This document shows, in pieces, positions 1 to 11,700 of a stretch of 64,000 nt of DNA. Numbering within the stretch: position 1 is the first letter of the stretch; each line of letters opens with the position of its first letter. A program made the position numbers and the translations under genes. The stretch covers positions 269,428 through 333,427 of the forward strand of contig VRVR01000017.1 in the NCBI GenBank assembly GCA_009859145.1, written 5' to 3'. The notes below the pieces were generated by a model, which ran no database searches, was not told the origin of the DNA, and saw only the letters and a list, made by a program, of their open reading frames with translations. The DNA is from Andalucia godoyi And28. Taxonomy: Eukaryota; Protista; Jakobida.

Positions 1-450
1 CAGCGAATAATGCGTCCTTCACGATAAGGAAAAGAAACCCAGACGTGAACTCGTGTGTTGCTTTTTTGCATTTTGACCGTTCTATTTCAAGAATGTTGCG
101 TCACAAATCCCCGATAAGCATGAATCTCCTATATTTTTTTTAAATAAAAAAGCTCCGATGAGGTGTCAGAGGGAGTTCCCGGATGACATTTGTCAACCGC
201 GCAAATGAGCAGACTTGAAAAGCTAAAACCCGCCAAAAAAGGGATTTTTGCATCGCAATTTTTTTAAATTATGATTTGTTAAATGATTGTATTTGTCTTT
301 TCCATTCCGTTCTTCTTGTTCTGCTTTTTCTTTCTCGCTTTCCTTGCTCCGGAAAAAACCTTTATTTTTTTTTTTTCTTGCTTGCGTTTGTTTGGGTGTG
401 TTTTGTTGGTTGGTTGGCGGATTTCTCAAAACAGAGGCAGCAGTGGAAGA

Positions 451-829
451 ATGGACGCACTCGCGGCACAGATGAATATTAGGCGCAGTGCCGAAGAAAC
501 ACAAGATTTTGTCAAGGACTTGTATTCCTGGGAAGACGAGATGAAGAAAAAGGATGCTGAGCTGCGGAAGAAAAAGGTGTCTGTTTCCGCAGATTCACTT
601 CCTCCTATTCGCGGAACCACATCCTCATCATCCCCGGGGTCGTCTGCACCTGTGCCTTCTGCAGCTTCCAAGGGATCAAAGGTCACCGAGATTGAACCCG
701 ACTTAAAAAGAGCCGACAATGCACAGAGAATCAAGCCGAAGAACTATGATGAGTACTACAAGTGGGATTCATTTGATCCGGAAAAGGATGAGCAGCTGGT
801 ATCCACCACCACCACCACCACCACCACCA

Positions 830-860
<31 letters not shown>

Positions 861-2055
861 GACGTCGTCGGCATCCTCCAAGCCAGTTTCGTCAGCCATG
901 GAACCGCAGAAAGTGCAGAACACGTCTTCGGAACCACAGCCACAAGTTGATCCGAAGACGTCGAAGAAGATGAGGGCAGAAGCTGCAAAGGAGGCCGGGA
1001 ACGATTTCTTCAAGAAAAATGAATTTGGAAAGGCGATTGATAAGTACTCGGAAGCAATTCTGCTCACTCCTGGAGAGAGCGTCTACTATTCGAACCGAGC
1101 GATGGCATATTTGAAGCTGTCAAAGTATGCAGATGCGGAACAGGATTGCACGTCTGCAATCGCCATGGATCCGAAAAATGTAAAGGCGTTCCACCGTCGA
1201 GGAACATCTCGAAAGGCCCTCGGTCGGGTCGAAGAAGCGGTCAGGGACTTTGAAACAGCGCTGAAGATTGCCCCAGACAGTGCTCAAGTCCTGCAGGAAC
1301 TCAAAGCTTGCAAGGAGGCTTTGGGGATATCGCAGTCACCTGTGCTGGAAAAGAATGCATCCGCTGCATCTCAGGGTAAAGTGGCCACTCCAGAGCCAGC
1401 AAAATCCAAGAAAAAGATGCAGATCGTGGAAGTTGAAGAAGAGCCGATTGCCGCGGCAGCACCCAAAGGAGTCTTGTCCAGCAAGCGTGTTGATGAGGAC
1501 GCCGGTATCAAGGTTGTTGGGTCGACTTCAATCAGTTCTTCGTCACCAGTTCCCCACGAGAAAGAGGAGGAAATCGAAGAAATAGTGACTTCAGGTGCAA
1601 AGAAGTTGCAGCGCAAGGAAGCCGAGAGGCAGAAGCACGAAGATGGTATTCGACAGAGAGACATAGCCAGCAAGATGGAAGTTAAAGTCGCGTTGCCCAC
1701 AGAAGCTCCAAAGACAGCATCCGAGTTTGAGCGCCTTACAAAGGCTTTCAAAACTGACGTTGCTGGTTTGGCTCATATTGTGAGACTATTGGATCCTGCT
1801 GCGATCCCTGCGTTGTTTCAGCACTCGTTTGATGCCGATAAGCTCACAACGATCGTGCGCGGTGCCAAGGAGCTTGCGACAAGACACGCAGAGTTTGTCT
1901 TCAAGGTGTTTTCTGTGCTTCCGACTGTCAATCGTTTTGGCATGACAGCAATGATTCTCCCCAAGGCAGAGAAGCAAACGTTGTCTGAAATTTTTAATCA
2001 ATTAGAATCCGCCGGGCTTGAGGTGGCAACCTTGCGACCTAAATACAAGTTGTAA
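451..2055 (+). CDS. RPAP3: RNA polymerase II-associated protein 3 (R2TP co-chaperone; TPR + RPAP3_C)
   Basis: N-terminus QMNIRRSAEETQDFVKDLYSWEDEMKKKD; three TPR motifs (AKEAGNDFFK..., YYSNRAMAYLKL, KAFHRRG); C-terminal PKTASEFE..K motif. Start placed at the ATG at 451 because the upstream part of the ORF is T-rich non-coding sequence. Confidence 0.88.
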
Positions 2056-2066
2056 ACACCCCCCAC

Positions 2067-2349
2067 CCCTTCCAGCACGCCGCAGCGTTCTTCCAATCGA
2101 TGTGGCGTGCACTATTTTCCCAGTCTCGACCCAGACGGGTGCCGAGCATGACCGGCGTCGGAATGACCATGGACTGGCGTGGATGGCAAAAGACGAGCGG
2201 AAGCACAGAACTGTCTGCGTTTTCTGGGAGAGTAGGGTACAGTGTGGGTTGTACGGATAAACAAGCTGGAGCATACGTATGCAGAAAACGGCGTGTGGTT
2301 TGATTTTTGCGTGTAGCATGATGGATGTCAAAGGCCCTCTTGCTTGCCA
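2067..2349. repeat. Dispersed repeat family A, copy 1 (283 bp)
   Basis: Matches 13210..13492 with only two substitutions seen on manual comparison. Confidence 0.95.
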
Positions 2350-2391
2350 GCGGTCGATCGAAACTTTTGATATTTCCATCCCCAGGAGTCG

Positions 2392-5199
2392 TCATGCCAG
2401 CCGAGGCTTCTTTGTATCTCCACCAAAGTACCTCTCTTCATCGAGTTGAAGGCGCGCTTGCACACGCGCTTCCTCCGTAGCGTCCACGTCCAGAACATCG
2501 CCGCGCTCTCCCCGCACCATTCCAATTTCCACTGGAACTCCTGAACGCAAAAGCAGATCGATCCAAGCTCGTTGTTGATCCGACAGCCGGTCCCGAGTGC
2601 TCTTCACCTCCACGAACATGCATTCCTGTCGACCCATATGCCAGACAAACAAGTCCGGAAGGCCCCCGCACCATTGATGATAGTCCTCGCAAAGCACACG
2701 AAAGACAGCAGCCAAGCAGCTTCCCGAGAGACAGGAACACACGTCCAGCAGAAACGGCAGCGAGTATCTCGACCAATTAATCCCAACTGCAGCAATGCCA
2801 TTGTATTTTTCATACCGTCGTTCTATGACAGCCAAAAGACTATCATCGACTCTTATCGAATCTGCGTCACGGACCAGCGCTGACATGCCATCCGACGCAC
2901 TTCTGTTTGCATACTCCTCTTCCTGTGACAACAAATGCTGACTGCTGATGAACAACATTTCTTCCATTTCATCGTCTAGTTCGTCTTTCTTGGGAGATGC
3001 ACTCAACAGCAAGCGTTCGCTGACGGCAGTATCCCGTGCGCGCAGGTTCTTCGGATTCCACGACTCGAGCCACAGCAGCCGAGACGCAATGGATTCTTTT
3101 CTGTTTTGCACGAACAGATCCGTGCCAAAATCTAACGGTGCACACTGAAATGCGTTCTGGAAGACCAGAGGAATGGTGTCGTCGAAAATGATGTCCCAAA
3201 ACACCAGCGCAAACAAAGAAAACAAAAACCGTCCTTCATCGTGCACGCCGGACCAGTCCCCGTTCCTCTGAAAGTACTGTAAAACAAGATTCTCGACCGA
3301 ACAGACCGTTCCATCGTGTCCGACAAAAAGGCACTTGGTCCCAACCGTGCCTCCATCCTGAACCAGCTGTTTCGCCTGGATGTATCTTTGCGATGCTTCC
3401 GTCCACACAAGAGCAGATTCATCAGCAGACAATGCGGACGCAGGATTCATCCCAATAAGCGAGCCGCCAAACTTGCTCCATGGAATGGCACCCCATCTCA
3501 TCGGCGGCTTCCAGAGGCGCACCAGACGGCGTTCAAGGCCCACCCGATCCCCACTCCTAACAAACGGATCCTGCAGCGCAGATTCACACACATCCAAGCA
3601 TTCGGACTTTTTACCGAGATGATCCAGATTGATGGCAAGTCTCGTCCACCAATATCCACGACGAGATGACTCGCCGTATGCGTTCTCAGAAGCCCGCAGG
3701 CACCATCCCAAAAGCTCCACTGCATCATCGTACCGCTTTTGCTTCTCTAAAATCGACACTCCTACAGTGGAGATGCAAGAGGCGACGTGGGCCTCGCTAT
3801 ACTGCGATCTGAGCTTGCAAACGAGCCTGCTGAAATTGTCCGTCTGATCAGTGCGAAGTGGAGGCATGGAGGCCGCGATCTGCAAAACCTCCAAACAGTC
3901 TTGAATGAGATTCAGCAGCCCAGAGACGTCTCCATTTATCGCAAGCCGAACGGCACTTTGGGCTTGCATGACACGATTTTCGTATCCTTTCCACTCCGCT
4001 GCAGTGTCAAATATTGTTAAGAAGTTCTCTTTTGATACCTTGTATCGAGGAAACTTGCGGATATTCCCTGCAAAGACATCGAGATGGGTGGCCGGAAGAT
4101 AAAAGAGACGATGGAGGCTTGAAAAAAGACGCGCACATTCCGGCGTGAAAGCGACGCAGACGCCAACTTTCGCAATGGCCGTCTCCACAACCTTGGAATT
4201 ATGGGAACAGTCCTCGGTTAAGAACTTGATAAGCTCATCTTTGCGAAAGGGGGAGGCATTCTTTGGGAACGTTAGCTTGCAAGCTCGACAAACGGAGCGA
4301 AGATCCCCAAACGTCAAGACAGAGAAGAGACTCGACATGTCGTGCGTCCTGCGGTCGAATCTTTGTAGAAAATGAAACGTATCAACACCCGAGATAAGGA
4401 CAGAAATTGCCTTGGAAACAGACAATGGTCCTGCAAGTTCAGGATACCGTTCGGCGACTTCATCGCATCGAAACCACGGTCCTTTTCGCATAAACAAGCG
4501 GGCAAACAGACGTTTCGGCAGTTCTGGCATCTTGTCCAGGACAAAATCGAGTACATGTGTTTCTTGAGATGACAGCAGATGACAGTACCGCTCCTTGCAA
4601 GAAGCCATGATGAACTGAAAATTCTCTAAATATCTGGAAAGTGTCTTCTTCTGCACTTTCTGGGTTAAATCACCAACCTCCATGGGATCCTCTTGCACTG
4701 ACCTATCCTCACCATTTTCATCAAAATTCAATACGGTGCCCTCAAGAACAATGCTCTCGATAAGCAGATCTGACGACGACGACAGCGACGACGCGGTTTT
4801 CGACGCGGAAGAACTGACAAACCAGCTTTTGAGAGAAGTCTGGCTTGCTGGCTTCTTGGCAGGCGCTGAGTAGTACCTCGATTGCTTCGTGATGGAACAG
4901 GAAGAAGAAGAAGACGACGAAGATGATGAAGAAGAAGAAGCGGTCGGCGAACGTGAATCAGCCGATATTGTTTGTGGAGTGGATTCGGATGGATCCAGAG
5001 GCACGTTGCGGGACGGCCTTGCGGACGCCGTGGATTTCAGCTCGTTGATGCAATTGGTTGCAGCTGCTTCGGACGAACCTCGTTGTTTTCGCAATGGTGG
5101 TGGGTCAGGACCATATCTCTTTCCATACAGCATCTCGAGCGTTGCAAGTCCCGTGAACCCAGAAGGAACGGACCATCCAGCCTTGCTCGCTTGTGTCAT
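2392..5199 (-). CDS. FAN1: Fanconi-associated nuclease 1 (VRR-NUC domain)
   Basis: LFARLFMRKGPWFR; TPR-like region RRGYWWTRLAINLDH; VRR-NUC motifs GGLPDLFVW and FVEVKSTRDRLSDQQRAW. Start codon uncertain (5199 ATG, or up to 5238). Confidence 0.9.
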   Translation of the reverse strand: MTQASKAGWSVPSGFTGLATLEMLYGKRYGPDPPPLRKQRGSSEAAATNCINELKSTASARPSRNVPLDPSESTPQTISADSRSPTASSSSSSSSSSSSSCSITKQSRYYSAPAKKPASQTSLKSWFVSSSASKTASSLSSSSDLLIESIVLEGTVLNFDENGEDRSVQEDPMEVGDLTQKVQKKTLSRYLENFQFIMASCKERYCHLLSSQETHVLDFVLDKMPELPKRLFARLFMRKGPWFRCDEVAERYPELAGPLSVSKAISVLISGVDTFHFLQRFDRRTHDMSSLFSVLTFGDLRSVCRACKLTFPKNASPFRKDELIKFLTEDCSHNSKVVETAIAKVGVCVAFTPECARLFSSLHRLFYLPATHLDVFAGNIRKFPRYKVSKENFLTIFDTAAEWKGYENRVMQAQSAVRLAINGDVSGLLNLIQDCLEVLQIAASMPPLRTDQTDNFSRLVCKLRSQYSEAHVASCISTVGVSILEKQKRYDDAVELLGWCLRASENAYGESSRRGYWWTRLAINLDHLGKKSECLDVCESALQDPFVRSGDRVGLERRLVRLWKPPMRWGAIPWSKFGGSLIGMNPASALSADESALVWTEASQRYIQAKQLVQDGGTVGTKCLFVGHDGTVCSVENLVLQYFQRNGDWSGVHDEGRFLFSLFALVFWDIIFDDTIPLVFQNAFQCAPLDFGTDLFVQNRKESIASRLLWLESWNPKNLRARDTAVSERLLLSASPKKDELDDEMEEMLFISSQHLLSQEEEYANRSASDGMSALVRDADSIRVDDSLLAVIERRYEKYNGIAAVGINWSRYSLPFLLDVCSCLSGSCLAAVFRVLCEDYHQWCGGLPDLFVWHMGRQECMFVEVKSTRDRLSDQQRAWIDLLLRSGVPVEIGMVRGERGDVLDVDATEEARVQARLQLDEERYFGGDTKKPRLA

Positions 5200-5586
5200 T
5201 TCATCGCCAAGAAAGAGGAGGACAGGATACAAAAGCAACCAAACACCTCGTTAAACGGTACTTTTTTCGGTATATACAAATAGACACTCAAAAAAAGCGT
5301 ACTTATAATAAATATAAAGACAGCAAACACAAACAAAACAAACACGCAAGTATAAATAAACAGGAAGAAGTGTGTGATGAATTACCGCATAATTACGAGA
5401 AATGTGGATCCAATACGGAGGAAACCAAAAAAAATGCTATGTACTATACACACGCTTACTCGGGGTTTGCCAAGTTGTGGATCAAACTGCGCTATCATCA
5501 TTGTACTTTTTTCGTCTTTTTATAATCAGTGTTTTCCTACACGCGATTCTGGTCCCAAGCAAACGCTTCGGCAGCCGCAAAGGCAG

Positions 5587-8565
5587 TAGACCTGTCAAAC
5601 CCGACCCGCTGACCCGTCAACCTACGGGTCTGACCCGAACCCGGACCCACCCGGGTCTTGCTCCGGCAGACCCAGGTTTTGGAGCATTCCAACGCTCGTA
5701 AGTGAGAGATCCCGCGCGCCTTCCCGCGGCTTTATTGAATCATTGCACACGAAAAGTTTTCCATCTTTCGCCGCTCGTCTTTCTTCCTCTGTCTTCTCAG
5801 CGATTACTGTTGATATTCACCCTTTTTCAAATGACGAAGAAGAACGATTCGACTGCTCGATCTGTACCGCCAGCACCAAAGAGGAGCAGAACAGAATCTC
5901 ATTCTCTCCTTTTGACGCAATCCTTGGAACACTTAGGTTCTTCGGTGGCGAGTCTTCCTACAAATGAAAGTGGATGTTCTGCAAGCGATTCACCTCGTGT
6001 GCCTTCTTCGTCGCACACAGAGAGTGAAGTTGAAGTTGAAGTTGCAAAATCGAAAATTGAGTATGTCGGACTCAATAAGCAAACATGTTTTGACTGGGAG
6101 TTGCCCTGCATCAAAGAGCATCCGACACTTCCGTTGTTTAAGTCGGTTTCCAAAAGAGCTTCTGCTTCATGCTGGGACTTTTTTGGATTTACTTTGGACG
6201 AGGATAATAGGATTTGCGAGAGTGTTGCATATTGCGGTCTGTGTTTGTTCAGAGAACCCCACAAGAAGGAGCCCGTTCAGTTCTGCCTGAAGCATGGTAC
6301 CAGCAGTATCAACGATCATTTATCAAGAAGACATGGAGGAGACATCAGTCTTCACAAGAAGCCCGATTATTCCAAAGAGATAATGAAAGTGTTTCGTGCA
6401 AAACACGAACCTCTTCCAGCTGCTACAAAAGCTGTTCTGGATGAAGGTGTGGCGATTCTGGTTGCACGTTCAAAGAAAGCTTTAGCTTTGGTTGAGGACC
6501 CTGCTTTCAGATTGTTTGTGAATCGTATGGATCCCAGGTACTGCTTACCGTCTCGATCGCACTTGACAACGAGCATACTTCCGAAGTTGGCGGAACGATG
6601 CCAGGCTAAAGTTCGTGAGCATTTGGAAGAAGCACCCGGAATCAGCATCACAACAGACGGCTGGTCCCGAGCAGGCAACCACTATGTTGCAGTTACGTGC
6701 CATTGGGTCAACGAGAAGTTTACTCCAGCGTGGGCTTTACTTAAATGCGATGCTGTTGTTGCCGGTCAATCTGCTGCTGAGCTTAGCGATGATCTGTTGA
6801 AGTGTGTACAGATGTTTGTTCCTGCAAGTCTTGTCGTTTCGTGCACAACAGATAGTGCTGCCGCACAGAAGAAAGCTGTTGCTCTCACTGAAATGACACA
6901 CGTTCCCTGTTTTCTGCATACAATCGCTCTCGCCGTGAAGGATGGACTGAAAAATACGACATTTTCATCACTGCTTTCCGTTTTCAAAAGGATATGTGCG
7001 TTTTTTAACAGATCAACTGTGGCGACACGAGATTTGAACGCAGAACGACGTATTAGTGGCAAAAAGGTTCTCACAGTCCTTCAAGAAGTTCCTACTCGTT
7101 GGAATTCTCTCTTTCATGCTTTAGAACGTGGTTTGGCTTTACGTTCCGAAATTGATATTGTTCTTAGAAAACACAGAAAAGAGGGTCTTCGTATTTCTGA
7201 TGCGGAATGGACGTACTTGGAGCGATTATGTCAATTTCTCAAACCGTTTCGTGACGTAACCAAGTGGTTTTCCAATAGCCGGGAATTCGTAGCGAGTGCT
7301 GTAATTCCTGTTTGTGATCAGCTGATTTCGGCCTTCAGCAGATGGTTCGATCCCGAGGCAGTTGAGCAGTTCAGGGACGTAGATAGATCAGCGGAAGGAA
7401 ACGGAATATCAATGAAGGACAGGAAAACATCAACAGTGGACCTTATCCCCACTGTTCTGACGTTTGCGGACGAGACGTCGCAATTCGGTGCGGATGTTCT
7501 TACGAGTTCCACTTCCAGCGGTGGGCAATCAACAGAAGAGCAGGATCAGGGCGCGCTGGAGAGAAAGAAGCGGAATCCTTTCGAGATCGACATGCTAGAG
7601 TGGGAATTTGGGAAGATTCAACACCTCTTTGCATCGAGCATTGGAGCACGCCTTCGACCATATTGTGATATGTCGTTGTTGCAGAAGTGCACATTTTTGG
7701 ATATCCCCGATTCAAACGCGGGTCTATGCCACTTCACGTTGTCGAAGCATTGATTACGGAGCTGAGTGCAGAATACACTGAGCGAAGTGCATTTTGTCCG
7801 GAAACGCAGCCGGTGTCAACTCAAGCTGGAATCTTTTTCGCCGGCAATCATGACAATGGACCGATGTCTGATACTGAGCTCATACATGCAAATTCTCTGT
7901 TCCGACATTACTTTCAAACTCCTCCAGTGCCACTGGATGTGTCCCTTTCCCAGGCTTGGTCGGATTCTGCCTTTCAGTACACGCAGTTTGCGGACTCCGT
8001 TGGCCAACTGGTTCGGAAATATGCAAGCGTTCAAGCAACAAGTATAGAGTGCGAAAGAGTGTTTTCTGCAAGTGGACTGACTTGCTCGAAGAAGAGAGAA
8101 CAGCTCAAGCCCTCCACACTCAACAATCTGCTGATCGTGGATCGAAATGTGGAAACGACTGTTTTATCTGCTGAAGACCTCAAAGTCATGTACAAAACTG
8201 AGAATCCAACAGTTCACATGGCGTCGATGGATGAACAAAAGAGCTGCGAATTGCCCGTGTTCGCCGATCTCGTGCCTGCGGAGGATGCCGCCCCTGACTT
8301 CGACGATTGCGACTGATTTGGGATGAACTCCCATTCGAGATGGCTCGTTAACAAGAATAAAAATGTCGAAATAACTGAAAGAGGGATGAATGCCGACAGT
8401 TAGTTAGGTAGGTGTTACAGTGGCAGACAGTAGAAACGAAAGCGTCTGCCGGTGTACGCAGCTGTCGTAAAAACTTGTTCGCAGACCCGGGTCTGACCCG
8501 GTAAGGTCGTGCATAAGACCCAGACCCACCCGGGTCATCAAGTACGGCGACCCGTGACAGCTCTA
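5587..8565 (+). mobile_element. hAT-superfamily DNA transposon, 2,979 bp, with imperfect TIRs and an 8-bp target-site duplication
   Basis: Left end TAGACCTGTCA; right end TGACAGCTCTA (reverse complement TAGAGCTGTCA); AAAGGCAG at both 5579-5586 and 8566-8573; GACCC/GGGTC-rich subterminal repeats; internal hAT transposase. Confidence 0.95.
5831..8316 (+). pseudogene. hAT transposase (BED zinc finger, DDE core, C-terminal dimerization domain) with one frameshift at about 7703
   Basis: BED finger CWDFFG..CGLC..HLSRRH; TTDGWS; TTDSAAAQ; CFLH; TRWNS in ORF 5702-7753. hATC motif LVRKYASVQATSIECERVFSASG lies in a different frame (7687-8316). The LDPRFK motif is split between the frames. Confidence 0.88.
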
Positions 8566-8772
8566 AAAGGCAGCCCTCGAGTCGCTGCCACTGCTGTATA
8601 TGAATAACACCAGTATGTCTTTGTTTGGATCGTTTTGAGCCATTTCTTTCCTTTCTTTTTATTTCTCTCTCTTTCTCTCTTTCTCTCAACTCACTCACTT
8701 TCTCTCGTTACGTATTTTTGGCACGGGTTTGGTTTTTTTTTTGTTGACAGTTTTGCATTTACTGAGGGAAAA

Positions 8773-11700
8773 ATGGACGTGAAAAAGAGGCCGAGAAGCG
8801 CAGAAAATGCTGCGGCTGGCGGACTACCCATGGCGAAAGTGACGTTGGAAAAGACGATTGGGTGCACTGCGAAGACGAACCATTCGCTTGCAATCAATCC
8901 TGCAAGTGGGGACATTGCGTATCCTGCGGGATGCATCGTTGTGCTGTACAATGCGAAGCGGAACAAGCAACTGAGGTTTCTGGTGTCGAAGAATAACAAG
9001 CCTATAACATGTGTGTCCTTCTCGGCGGATGGAAAGTATCTTGCTGCCGCCGAGAATGGACATGATCCGTCTGTTCTGGTATGGGATGTGCAAGCAGGAG
9101 AGCGGGTTGCAGAACTTTTACATCACAAGATCGGTGTGCAGTGCATCTCGTTTTCTCCGGATGGAAAATACCTTGTTTCCTGCGGAGTGGTACATGACGG
9201 ATCGATGGTGTTGTGGAATTGGAAGACTTCAACAAAGCTTTCGACGATTCGCACTGGTACGGACGTGTATGCAGTATCATTTGCGGAAGACTCTTCGTAT
9301 TTTATTGCAGTCGGAAAGCAATATCTCAAGTTTTTCTATCTTGATCCTGCAAAAGCAACCCCCGGTGGTGTCTCTGCAGGAGGTCCTGTAAGGCCAAAGT
9401 CCGCTGGCCCGCCCTCCTCACGTGCGGTGCCGAATCTTTCTCAGCTGGAAGGAAAGCCTGCGCAGTACGGAACAGGCGAATCTGCCAGGTTTAGCGATCT
9501 TGAGTGGCGCGACGTATGCTGCGGAACTGGGAAGAGTGCCAACTTCTGCTATGCGGTTTCGTCAAATGGAATGATGTGCTGTTTTTCTTCTGCTCGCTTG
9601 CTTCACAGCTGGGTTGATTTAAGGACCCCGCACGCAAGGTGTATTTCTGTTGTACAGGATAAGATTGCCTGTGGTTGCGCACATGGCATTGTTCGATTGT
9701 TTGAATCTACGACGCTGCAGTTCATTGCGACATTGCCAAAACCAGCGCCAATGGGTAACCTGAACTTGGGCATTATTTCGACGGGAAAGAGCATTGCCCG
9801 GCCATCGCTGTCGCAGTTTGAGTTCCCGCAGACCGTCGCAACGCGCTTTAGCCTCGACACAGGGAGGTTGGTGTGTATTTATGCGGATCGCTCGATCTTT
9901 GTGTGGGACATCTCGAATCCCAAGAAGGTCGGGAAATCAAGGTCTGCGTTAGCCCATTCAGACTGCGTGTGGGACGTCATATCGCTGCCGAATACGGAGG
10001 GTGTATTTCCTGAGAATACATTTGCGACTTGCTCCACTGACAATACAATCCGTTTCTGGAGTCTACAGGGATCCTCACTGCTGGGAGATCCTGGTTCTGT
10101 TTCGGAATCCGTTATTCAGAAAAATGTATTTTCAAAGGATCTTCTTCGTGTGATCCACGTCCCTCAAGAAGAAGCAAGCGAGGAGCAAAAAGGCATTCGC
10201 TCTCTGGGATTGTCTGCGGATGGGAAGTTCTTGGCATCCGGAGATCGCCAAGGAAATCTGCGGGTTCACAGCTTGACCACGTTTGACCTGGTCACTTCTG
10301 TGGAAGCCCACGAATCTGAAATTTTGTCGATTACAGTGGATGCCCAGTTCTTGGCCTCCGGCTCGCGTGACAGACTGGTTCACATTTTCAAATCCCCGCT
10401 AGGCACGAAAGGAGATCTTGCGAGTCTTCAAACAATTGATGACCATTCTTCGTCTGTTACTGCCGTCAAATTAGCGAGAGCTCAGAATGGGGAACATATG
10501 CTGATATCCGCTTCTGCGGACAAGTCTCTTCTTTTCCATCGATGCGATAGCAAGGGCAAGTTTGTACGGTCCCACACGGCCGCTGTCTCTGGAACCGTTG
10601 CAGATATGACATTGGATTCTACTCAGAAGTTTGTTGTCACTGTTGGACAGGAGAAGAAACTGACTGCGTGGTCTATTGAATCCGGTAAGGCCATGAGGTC
10701 GTATCGCATCGATCCCGCTGCAGGAGAGCAGCATCGGGTTGCCATGGATCCTTCCGGCCTCATTTGCGCTGTGTCCTCCGCGGATCGCTTTATCCGCATC
10801 CTGGACTTCTTTTCTGGTCAGTGCATTGCTCGTGTTCGTGGACATTCAGAGCATGTGACCGGTCTTTGCTTTACTGCCGATTGTACTCGTCTGGTGTCGG
10901 TGTCTGCAGACGGATGCATTTTTGTATGGAGACTTCCTCTGGATCTTGTTACGAATCTGAAGGACCGTCTGTCGGAAATTCGGTCTGAGAAGCAGATACC
11001 CTCGTTGAATCTTCAGAATTTGAAAATCCCGGAAATTGCATCTGAAGACCCACCGCAGTCGTCGGCGCGCCACGGTGTGATAAACCCGCCGTCTCCGCCA
11101 GCGTCCAACCGACGACTACATGGCAGTTCGCAATACGAAGACCAGAAGGATGCCCTTCACTCCCTTCTCGAGGGCATACCTGTAGCGACTCCCAGAAATG
11201 AGCCCGCCCTGCCTGCGGTGCCTGCAAAGCAAACTGTGGACGAAGAGTTTTCTTTTCAGTTCAAGGACACCATTGCCCTCCCGTCTTGGGCGAAGTTGTT
11301 AGCATCCAATCCGTCCGCGAACGGTGCCACGGTCAAGCGCAGCACGGTGTACCGCAAAACAAAAGGAAAATGGGCTGATCGCTTGAAACAGGAAGGTCTC
11401 GTGATGTTTGAAGAGGAAGTACTGATTGCACAGGCTTCATCGGTTCCTTCTCCCGATGCAGATAAGGCACAGAAATCTGTGTTGATTGTTGATCAAAACA
11501 CAAAGCGAAAGTACACAGTGGATCCTGAGGTTTTGCGTGACGGTGACGTTTCGTCTGTGCGCGCCAGTATGAAGCCTCTTGAAGAGGATGCAAGCCAGGA
11601 GAATGATCTCAGAGAGAGCGTTGAGTCCAATGATGATGATCCGCTGGGGAATAGCTTGAAGACTGACACGGATGCCGAGCTGGCGGATGATGTCCTTGTT

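Noticed and set aside
283-450. Hydrophobic N-terminal extensions on the called ORFs (RPAP3, WDR62, HECT, eIF3L, ATP-grasp)
   Set aside because: They are translated T-rich spacer sequence from non-ATG starts; family similarity begins at the later ATG.
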